Made by a program: the position numbers and the translations under genes
The notes under the pieces: generated by a model
What the model was told of the DNA's origin: nothing
Databases searched by the model: none
Seen by the model: only the letters and a program-made list of their open reading frames with translations
DNA from: Nitrospiraceae bacterium
GTDB lineage: Bacteria > Nitrospirota > Nitrospiria > Nitrospirales > Nitrospiraceae
Length of the DNA: 64,000 nt
Assembly (NCBI GenBank): GCA_037442105.1
Contig: JBBIQV010000008.1
Location: forward strand, 1-64,000
Direction of reading: 5' to 3'
In this document: one piece after another, positions 18,423-27,700 of the stretch
Layout: each line of letters begins with the position of its first letter
Numbering within the stretch: the first letter of the stretch is position 1

Positions 18423-19812
18423 CTTTACGAGACATGTCTCCGTCTGGCGCGCAGCCTGGCTGGCCGAAGCAGGGCAGCCGGTCGCAGCCATCCCCTCAGG
18501 CAAAGCGGTGGAATTCCTTCCGGCCGTGCTGGAAATCGAAGAAGCCCCGCCGTCTCCGGTCGGTCGGGCGATTCTCTGGACCATCCTGGCTGTTTTCGTG
18601 GCCGGGATCCTGTGGGCCTATTTCGGCTGGATCGACATCGTCGCCACGGCTCAGGGCAAGATCATTCCCAGCGGCCACTCCAAGGTCATCCAACCGGTCA
18701 TTCAACAGGTCGAGACGGGCATTGTGAGAGCGATTCATGTGCAGGATGGCCAAGCGGTGAAGAAGGGTGACGTGCTGATCGAGCTTGATCCGACGCAGAA
18801 CCGGGCCGACCGCGACCGGGCGGTGAATGAATACCGCGCGGCAAAGGTTGAGGCTGCACGGCTCCGGGCCCTGATCGCAGGAACGTCCACGTTCGAGGCG
18901 CCGGCCGACGTCGATCCGCAGTATATGCTGCTCCAGCAGCAGCTCTTGCGGGACCAGTTGGCCGAGTATCAGGCTCGGGTCGAGGCGGCGCAGCATCTGA
19001 TCAATCAACGCAAGGCCGCGCTGGCCCAGACGCAGGAGACCATCCGGCGGTTGGAAGCCACCGTCCCGATCGAAGCCGAACGCGCCGCAGCGTACAAGAC
19101 CCTGTTGGAGAAGCAGTTCGTCTCCAAGATGGACTATCTGCAATTCGAGGAGCAACGCATTGACAAGGCGCAGGAGCTGGCGCTGCAACGGCAGAAACTG
19201 GTGCAGGACCGAGCCACCTTGGCGGAAGCCGAGAAGAACTATGGGGCTCTGGTGTCGGAGTTTCAGCAATCGAAGCAAGCCGAACTGTTCGCGACCGAGA
19301 CCAAAACCGCCTCGCTGGCGCAAGAGGTGGTCAAAACCGAGCAACGAACCGACCTCCAACGCCTCCTCTCACCGATCGACGGCGTGGTGCAGCAGCTTGC
19401 CGTGCACACGATCGGTGGCGTGGTGACCCCGGCGCAACCATTGATGATCGTGGTCCCGCAGGACCATCCGGTCGAGGTTGAAGCCCAAGTCGAAAACAAG
19501 GATGTCGGGTTTGTCAAAGAAGGCCAGGCTGTCGAGGTCAAGGTGGAAACCTTTCCCTTCACTCTGTATGGGACGATCCCTGGCAAAGTCCTCAGTGTGT
19601 CCGACGATGCGGTGTCCGTCGAAAAAGTGGGGCTGATCTATCCCACACGGGTGAGCCTGGATCGCACCACGATCCAAGTCGAAGGCAAGCAAGTAAACCT
19701 GTCTCCCGGCATGGCGGTCACCGTGGAAATCAAGACCGGCCAGCGGCGCGTGATCGAGTATCTGCTGAGTCCGCTGCTGAAGTCGGTGAAGGAAAGCCTA
19801 AGAGAACGCTAA
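18409..19812 (+). CDS. hlyD: Type I secretion periplasmic adaptor, HlyD family
   Basis: EFLPAVLEI, DIVATAQGKIIP, SPIDGVVQQLAVHTIGGVV, LSPGMAVTVEIKTGQRRVIEYLLSPL...ESLRER. Confidence 0.95.
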   Translation: MGWLSFTRHVSVWRAAWLAEAGQPVAAIPSGKAVEFLPAVLEIEEAPPSPVGRAILWTILAVFVAGILWAYFGWIDIVATAQGKIIPSGHSKVIQPVIQQVETGIVRAIHVQDGQAVKKGDVLIELDPTQNRADRDRAVNEYRAAKVEAARLRALIAGTSTFEAPADVDPQYMLLQQQLLRDQLAEYQARVEAAQHLINQRKAALAQTQETIRRLEATVPIEAERAAAYKTLLEKQFVSKMDYLQFEEQRIDKAQELALQRQKLVQDRATLAEAEKNYGALVSEFQQSKQAELFATETKTASLAQEVVKTEQRTDLQRLLSPIDGVVQQLAVHTIGGVVTPAQPLMIVVPQDHPVEVEAQVENKDVGFVKEGQAVEVKVETFPFTLYGTIPGKVLSVSDDAVSVEKVGLIYPTRVSLDRTTIQVEGKQVNLSPGMAVTVEIKTGQRRVIEYLLSPLLKSVKESLRER

Positions 19813-19972
19813 CCCGCATTATTCATGACGGTTCGTCGCGATCGAAGCCGGCAGCGAATAGCTGATAGTAAATAGCTCAGAAATGTAGATCAACAAGCTG
19901 CTCGCTGTTCGCTACCAGCTACTCGCTCCTTGGTCTTTGCAGGAGAAGCCTTCGTGAATAATGCGCGGGTCA
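19810..19972. mobile_element. Second MITE-family copy with a heptamer hairpin as its core
   Basis: Left end (t)aacccgcattattcatgacggttcgtcgcga matches the 15444 copy; right end gcaggagaagccttcgtgaataatgcgcgggtca; core of nnnnAGC and GCTnnnn heptamers at 19849-19931. Confidence 0.8.
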
Positions 19973-20059
19973 AGGCTGCTGACGAATCACAGGTATGGAG
20001 GGCGGTGAGTTCATGCTCGAAGAACGGCTGATCAATCCACTGCGTCCCATCTTTCGGAG

Positions 20060-20784
20060 AGAAAAGGGGACAGGCTACTTTTCTGAAGATTTTCGCGGCC
20101 GGCCCCGGGGGCGCAGCGTGGAAACGAGGTTCGTGAGCGCAGCAATCTGGGCTTGCCACCCGGGCGTGCCAAAGGGCGCCTGGCGGGCCACGCAGGTGCG
20201 GAGGGCCGAGAGGTCATGATCCGGCAGGGGGTCTTCCAACTGACGAGACCAGTCGGCGGGCAACGGCAGCGGGTCCACCAGCGCGGGATGCTGCAGACTG
20301 CTCCACGGCCAGTCGACGGCCCGGGGGACCAAGCCAGCCCGCACCGGGTTCAGCAGCACGTAGCGCACCACCGTGAGCAGATGGCCGTCGTGCTGAATCG
20401 GAAAACTCTTGAAGCGCCCCTGCCAGACGTGGCCGCTGCTGGCGTAGTGCCGATGATAGCGCCGGACATGACTGGTCAGCCACCACTGCATGAACGGACT
20501 GAGAGCCGCTGGGGTGTGGGGTTGAACCACGAGATGGAAATGGTTGGGCAGCAGACAGAAGCCCAAGACCTGGACCGGGAACTTCGCCTTGGCGCGGGCG
20601 AGCAAGTCGAGGAAGGCGCGGTAATCGCCGTCCTTGTGGAAGACCGTCGCGCGGCCATTACCGCGATTCAACACATGGTAGGCCTGGCCGGCGAGTTGCG
20701 CGCGGGGAATGCGTGGCATTGGAAAGGAAGCCTAAGCAACCGGCGACGGGTTTGCAACCTAAAAAGTAGCCTGTCCCCTTTTCT
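20060..20784 (-). mobile_element. RAYT/Y1-transposase element bounded by perfect 23-bp inverted repeats
   Basis: AGAAAAGGGGACAGGCTACTTTT (20060-20082) and AAAAGTAGCCTGTCCCCTTTTCT (20762-20784). Confidence 0.85.
20075..20719 (-). CDS. REP-associated tyrosine transposase-like HUH (Y1_Tnp) protein
   Basis: MPRIPR, YHVLNRGN, CLLPNHFHL (HUH), GHVWQGRFKS, RYVLLNPVRAG, WPWSS, RPRGRPRK. Confidence 0.92.
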   Translation of the reverse strand: MPRIPRAQLAGQAYHVLNRGNGRATVFHKDGDYRAFLDLLARAKAKFPVQVLGFCLLPNHFHLVVQPHTPAALSPFMQWWLTSHVRRYHRHYASSGHVWQGRFKSFPIQHDGHLLTVVRYVLLNPVRAGLVPRAVDWPWSSLQHPALVDPLPLPADWSRQLEDPLPDHDLSALRTCVARQAPFGTPGWQAQIAALTNLVSTLRPRGRPRKSSEK

Positions 20785-20995
20785 GTTCCCATCCTGCGCG
20801 AGCTGGATGCCATCCGCCAGGAGCGGTATCCGGTCCAGAGTCAGGTGGCCTGAGGGAGAGAGCCGGAGCGATCGACGCCAGGATCACTTTTACAGGAAAA
20901 AAAGGACTTGACCGTGATGCGCGGCAACCGAAGCAGAGAGCCTCAGCATGAGCAGGGGGTACGAAGAAAGAACGGGGAATAAAAGGGAGCGCGGC

Positions 20996-21694
20996 ATGAA
21001 CAATCAACCTGTGTGGTTACGGTTATGCATGACCGTTTGGCTGGTTCTGACCGTTGAGATGAGCACAAGCGCGTGTGCCGGTTTCCTGGGATTGGGGGGG
21101 GATAGCTGGAAGGAAGAGGTCTTGCTCCATGACGGGAGCAAAATTATTGTGGAACGCGCGGTTGAGCGGGGTGGACGGCATGAGGTCGGGCAGAAGCCAC
21201 CGTACAAAGAGCAAAGTCTAAGTTTCACCTTGCCCGGCACCAATCAAGCCATCACCTGGGAGGATCACTACAGCCAAGATCTTGGGCAGGCTAATTTTCT
21301 ACCGATGACGTTGGATATTTCCGGTGGCACACCGTACCTCGTGGTCTATCCGATGGGCTGCTTGTCCTATAACAAATGGGGCCGGCCCAATCCGCCGTAT
21401 GTAGTCTTCCAGTACAAAGGAAAGGAGTGGGCACGGATTCCGCTCCAGGAGTTGCCGGGAGAAATCAAAACACCCAATGTGATTTTCTCCCAGCCCGACG
21501 TCCAGGTAGAGCGATTCGGCAAGCGGTTCATTACGGCGGAAATGATCAAGGGATTAATTGATAGCTATCAACAACCCGAATTCAAAACCCTTCTGCGGGA
21601 GCCGGTGGCACGTGAAAGGTGCCCGCAATATCCACATGGGTTCAAGGCCCCCATCCCAATTGGTCCTACTGCGCCTTCAGAGAAGGACAAATAG
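20996..21694 (+). CDS. Exported/lipoprotein hypothetical, candidate immunity protein for the lipase-RTX
   Basis: Signal peptide with TSAC lipobox-like site; SWKEEVLLHDG, GCLSYNKWGRPNPPY; 38 nt upstream of the RTX gene. CDS is well supported, the immunity role is inferred. Confidence 0.75.
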   Translation: MNNQPVWLRLCMTVWLVLTVEMSTSACAGFLGLGGDSWKEEVLLHDGSKIIVERAVERGGRHEVGQKPPYKEQSLSFTLPGTNQAITWEDHYSQDLGQANFLPMTLDISGGTPYLVVYPMGCLSYNKWGRPNPPYVVFQYKGKEWARIPLQELPGEIKTPNVIFSQPDVQVERFGKRFITAEMIKGLIDSYQQPEFKTLLREPVARERCPQYPHGFKAPIPIGPTAPSEKDK

Positions 21695-21732
21695 AAGAGG
21701 CTAGGCGAGCTGAACATTTATCGGAGGATAAC

Positions 21733-24700
21733 ATGCCCACGGAAGTTGAGTACGCGCTTATGGCAGGTCATGCCTATCGTACGACACGCGATGAGATCAA
21801 TTGGATTCCCGTTCCTCAGGGGTGGACCCCGTTTTCCCATGTGCCCGACCCCGCCACGCCATCTTTTCCCACTACCTCTGGGTTCGAAGCCATCTCATTC
21901 CAGCGCGGTGCCGAAATCGTCATTTCCTACGCAGGAACTGATCCGGCCGATCTGTTAGGAGACATCGCGGCCGATATTGGTCTAGCCACCGGCGTGGGCT
22001 CAGCCCAGCTCTTACAAGCTGCTGAATACTACCTGCAGGTCCAGGCGGCCAACCCCACGGCCAACATTACCTTCACCGGCCACAGTTTGGGCGGCGGGCT
22101 GGCTGCGCTGATGGGCGTGTTCTTTGGCAAGCGGGCGGTGACCTTCGACCAGGCTCCGTTCGCCAATTCAGCGGAGCTGAATGTGCTCACGCCGAACGTC
22201 GCGGCGAATCTCAAGGCTGATCTGCTGACCCGCGGCTATAGCGATGCCGCATTGCAAGGGCTGACCGACTTTCTCGCGCTGCGCGACGCCACTGGAGGCA
22301 TTCCGAACTCCAGTCTGGTGGACAGTATCAATGTCCAGGGTGAGTTCCTCTCCGGCGTGCCCTGGAATATCCCGGACCGCATCGGCATCCCGGTGACCAT
22401 TCCCAACAGCGCCCCCGACGTCTCGGGGTTCGACCTTCACTCGCAAGCGCTGTTGACTGCCTTTGTGCAGAGCATTCAGACGGCGGCGCCGCAACAAACG
22501 TTGCACGACGTCACCTTCAAACTTACCGATCTGATGGGGATGATCTTTTCGAACAGTTTGTTTGCACGCTCAACTGGCACTGCGAATACAACGGAACGTA
22601 ACTTCCTCGAGCGCCTTGTTCAGAATGAAACAGGCAATGCCATGGTAACCCGTTTCACCGACGATCTGTGGAAGTTGGCGAAAGATGGCGGGCTGACGAT
22701 CGCCGACGATCCGACCGCCGCCACCAATCTCGTCAGCAAAGCCCTGACCGCCTTTGCGATGCAGATGTATTACGAGAACACCGCCAACGCCGTGAATGCC
22801 AACAAGGAACTGTTCACCGAAGTGACGGGCGGCGTCCAATTTGATCGTGCCGATGTGGCCGCCACGCTCGACCAAGCCAAGGGGTACAACCTGTACTTTC
22901 AGAACTACCTCAACTCACCCGCCTTTACCGACACCGAACTGCAACTGATTCAATCGCTGCTCCCCGCACTGCGTGATTGGTACGTGCAAGCTGGCGCGAG
23001 CGGCATGAATGCCACCGATACTCTGAATAGAGGAGCCTTCCTGCTGGGCGGCAATGATGCGGATAGCCTGACCGGCGGTACGCAGGCCGATGTGCTGGTG
23101 GGCAATGCCGGCATTGACACGCTGGATGGCAGGGGTGGGAATGATGTGTTGCTCGGTGGCCCCGGCTTCGACACCTATGTCTACAACACGGGCGAGGGGA
23201 CGGATCGGATTGAAGATCCGCAGGGTCAGAATGCTGTTCTTTTCGACCAGCACCTCTTGCAGGGCGGGATTCGGCGGGTCACGGATCCGGTGAATACCTA
23301 CCGGAGTCCGGACGGGCGCTTCAGCTATGTCCAATCTGGTAGCGACCTGATCGTCAACGGCAGTTTGACGATCAAGGATTGGCAGCCAGGCCAGTTCGGT
23401 ATCCGGCTGTTTGGCGAAGCCGACTATGCGCCGGTGACGCGCACCGAGTTTCAGAAAATCGACCATTACATCCAAGTCGGCAATGCTCCAGACGGCACGC
23501 CCCTCTTTGAGCCGGTCTACGCGCCGTTCTTCGACGACAATGGGAATAACACTCAGCTCGCCTCCTGGGAATTGGGTGCGCTGACACCGCCCATCGGCAA
23601 TGAAAACAATCTGATTCACGCCTTAGGTGGCAACGATACCGTGATCAGCGGCGAGGGGGACGACCAGCTATACGGGGACGATGGTGATGATCGGTTAGAA
23701 GGATCGGGCGGTCATGACCGGCTGTACGGAGGAGCCGGCAATGATACGATCAATGGGGATACCTCGTTTGCCCTTACGGGCGGCAATGATTACCTCGACG
23801 GCGGCGAGGGGGACGATCTGTTGCTGGGCAACGCCGGATCGGACGTGATTCTCGGAGGCGCTGGGAATGATAATTTGAATGGTGATGATGGGCAGGCTGA
23901 GACGGCAGGCTCCTACGGGACTGATTTTCTGTACGGCGGTGATGGAGACGATGAATTGCACGGCGCGGGCGGCGCTGATGTGCTGGTCGGTGGAAGCGGT
24001 CAGGATCTCCTCATCGGCGACACCACCCAATATCAGGGCGGTACGCCGGAAGTCGGGGGTGGGGACGCCCTGGATGGTGGCGACGGGGATGATCAGCTCT
24101 TCGGCCTCTATGGCGATGACGTACTGTCGGGCGGACTCGGCCATGACCTCGTCAATGGCCAAGATGGGAATGATGTGCTCTATGGTGGAGATGGAAACGA
24201 TACCTTGTCGGGCGACCTTCGAGTCCGTCCTGCCAATGGGTTATACGATACGGCTGAACACCGAGGCGCCGGTGGAAATGATCTACTCGACGGCGGCGCG
24301 GGCATCGATTTTCTGTATGGCGGAGAAGGCGACGATTTTCTGCGCGGCGGGGCAGACAATGATAGCTTGTACGGCGATTACAACCCCAGTCGTTTTCCGG
24401 TATCCACCTATATGGAGATTGCGGGAGGCAATGACACGCTGAATGGGATCGCCACCGTCTGGGGCAATGATGTGCTGGACGGCGGCGAGGGCAATGATGA
24501 GCTGTACGGCGGCGATGGAAACGACATTTTGTCCGGGAGAGATGGCGACGATGCGCTTTACGGCGGCGATGGTGTCGATCGACTGGATGGTGGAGCAGGC
24601 GTGGATATCCTCGATGGCGGCTTCGGCGACGACGAACTGCACGGTGGAGATGGGAATGATTACCTTGTCGCTGGTCTTGGGAACGATGCGCTGTACGGAG

Positions 24701-27700
24701 AGGACGGAGATGATCGTCTTTCCAGCGGCACAGAGAGTGGCCCGGCGAATTCGATTCTTGATGGAGGTTCAGGCAATGATACCTATGTGATCGACAGTGC
24801 CTCAGACACGGTCCTTGAGTCAGCAGGAAACGGAATTGATACCGTCGAAACAGCGTTCGACTATGTCCTGCCGGAGAATGTTGAAAATCTCACGGTGAGT
24901 GGCGGCTATACGGGTACAGGCAATGCGCTGGATAATGTATTGCGCGGACCGTTTCAGAGTCGGCTTGATGGGCGAGCAGGGAATGACACACTCGTTGATG
25001 CTGGGACATATGTTTTTGGCCGCGGCTATGCTCACGATACCATTATTGAGACCGACACAAGCAGCACGCCGTATTTCCCCGGTGGGGCCGGGGATACCAT
25101 CGAGTTCGCCGCCGATGTACTGCCCGACCAAGTGAGCTGGCAGCGGAGCGGGAATGACCTGATTCTGAACATCACCGGGTCCACGGACACGCTGACGATT
25201 CCGTCCTTCTACACGGTCCTCTTCAATCAAGGAGGCTATCTGTTCTCATCGAATCTGTATGTTCCCGATCAGATCATCAACACCATCTTTGCTTCCTATT
25301 ACGTAGCTCCCGCGCAGGTCGAGCGGGTGCAGTTTGTAGACGGAACGATCTGGGGACCGGATACCTTCGATGCACCGATGATCGGCGCGTACTATGCGAA
25401 TTCTTACACCTTCGGTCGCGGAGATGGCCAAGACAGCATCCTCGATTTCGATTTCACGGGCGAAGGAGCCAGAGACGTGCTCCAAATAGGGACCGGCGTG
25501 TTACCGAGCGACATCACCGTCAGCCGAGTGGGAGATAATTTGCTCCTCGGCATTAATGACACGTCGGATCAGCTCACGGTGCAGTCGCATTTCGCCTCGG
25601 TCTTTGTCCGGCCGTTCTTCTTGTTCTCCGGCAAAACAGTCAGTGCCTATCAACTCGAGCAGGTGCAGTTTACGGATGGGACCTTGTGGGATGCCGCTGC
25701 CATCAACAGCCAGATTCGGGATATCACCGGCACAGAGGCCGCGGATTTCCTTCAAGGGAACGCGAACGACAATACGATTCGCGGACTCGGAGGCGATGAC
25801 ACGCTACATGGTCAGCAGGGGGCCGATGTGCTGGATGGGGGACTCGGGAATGATCAACTATTTGGCGGAGAAGGGAGCGATACGTACCTGTTTGGGAGAG
25901 GGGCGGGGCATGATTACGTCGTGGACTTCGACGCAACCGGCTCAGACGTGGAGGCGATTCGCCTCGGTGCCGGCATCTCGCCGAGCGACGTCACGGTCCA
26001 GGCCGGTGAGTTTGTTGGGGACCTCGATCTCATGATTCATGGGACACCTGACAAGATGACGTGGGGGAACTTTTTCTCAGGGTTCAACTATCACATCGAT
26101 CAGGTTGTGTTCGAAGACGGAACCGTCTGGGATACTCAGGCACTTCTGGCTCATGGAACCGGGCGCGCGGTTGTCGGGACCGATGATGCGGATGTTCTGG
26201 TTGGCTCACCGTTCAATGATGTGCTCGATGGCCTGGGAGGCGATGATTATCTGATCGGCGACGCGGGAGCTGATACGCTGTCGGGGGGAGAGGGCAGCGA
26301 TCTCCTTGATGGCGGGGCCGGTAACGACACACTGTGGGGTGGCCCCAGCGGAATTGGCGGGAGCGGCGAAGGAGGCGGTGGCGAAGAAGGCCCAGCCGCG
26401 ACGGTGGAGGCATTGGACGAAGGCGGGGAAGGCAGCCTTGGGGGTTTCGGCGCTGATTTCTTGATCGGCGGTGCCGGGCACGACACCTATCTGTTCAACC
26501 TCGGCGACGGGATCGACACGATCGAAGATGTGGCGGCGGCCGGTGAGGGTAACCGGATTCAGTTTGGTGCGGGGATTGCCCAAGCAGACCTGACGTTCTT
26601 GCAAGAAGGAACCGTCCTGACGATTCAGGTGGGGGTCAATGGGGATGCGATCAGGCTGACGAACTTTGATCCGTCCAACGTGAGCGGGTCGTTGGTCGTG
26701 GAGACCCTGGCGTTTGACGACGGGAGTCAAGTCGGATTGGCCGGCCTGCTGGGGCCTACGATCACCGAGGGGGATGACATCATTGCGACCGGCGCGGGCG
26801 ATCAGACGATCGATGCGAAGGGCGGCAATGACACCGTGGATACCGGCGCCGACAATGATCAGCTCACAGGCGGGACCGGCAACGATCAACTGGCCGGTGG
26901 CTCCGGTGACGACACCTATGTCTTCAACTTGGGCGACGGGGTGGATACCATCACGGACACGGCGTTGCCCGGTGAAGGCAATACGCTAAGCTTTGGGCCA
27001 GGCATTGCCCCGGCTGACCTCAGCCTTGGCGTCGGTTCCTTGCTCGTCCAGGTCGGCCCGGCCGGCGAGGCGATTCATCTCACCACCTTTGATCCTCAGA
27101 ATGTCTATGGTCCACACACGGTCGAGACCTTCCGTTTTGCGGATGGTACCACGCTGAGCTACCGGCAACTGCTCGATCGCGGGTTCGACCTCACCGGCAC
27201 GGCGGGTGACGACACGATGACGGGGACGAACGTCGTGGACCGCATCACCGGTCTTGGCGGGAACGATCTGCTTCAGTCCGGCGACGGAGACGATGTGCTC
27301 GATGGCGGCGTGGGGGCAGACCGGTTGATCGGAGGAGCAGGCCACGACACGTACGTGATTGATGAATCCGGTGATCTGGTGATCGAGGGAGTGAACGAAG
27401 GGACGGACACCGTCCACAGCTCCATCACATACACCATCGGCGCGAACGTCGAACATCTGGCGCTCACAGGGACCGACGCGATCAACGGAATCGGCAACGA
27501 GCTGAGCAATGTGCTGACCGGGAACAGCGCCGCCAATCTGCTGGATGGACAAAGCGGCGCCGATAGGTTGCTCGGCGGCAAGGGTGATGATACCTACGTG
27601 GTGGATGACCCCAATGATGTGGTGATTGAGCAGGCCGAAGAAGGCACCGACACCGTGCTGAGTACGGTGAGCTACAGGCTGGGCGCCAATGTGGAACACC

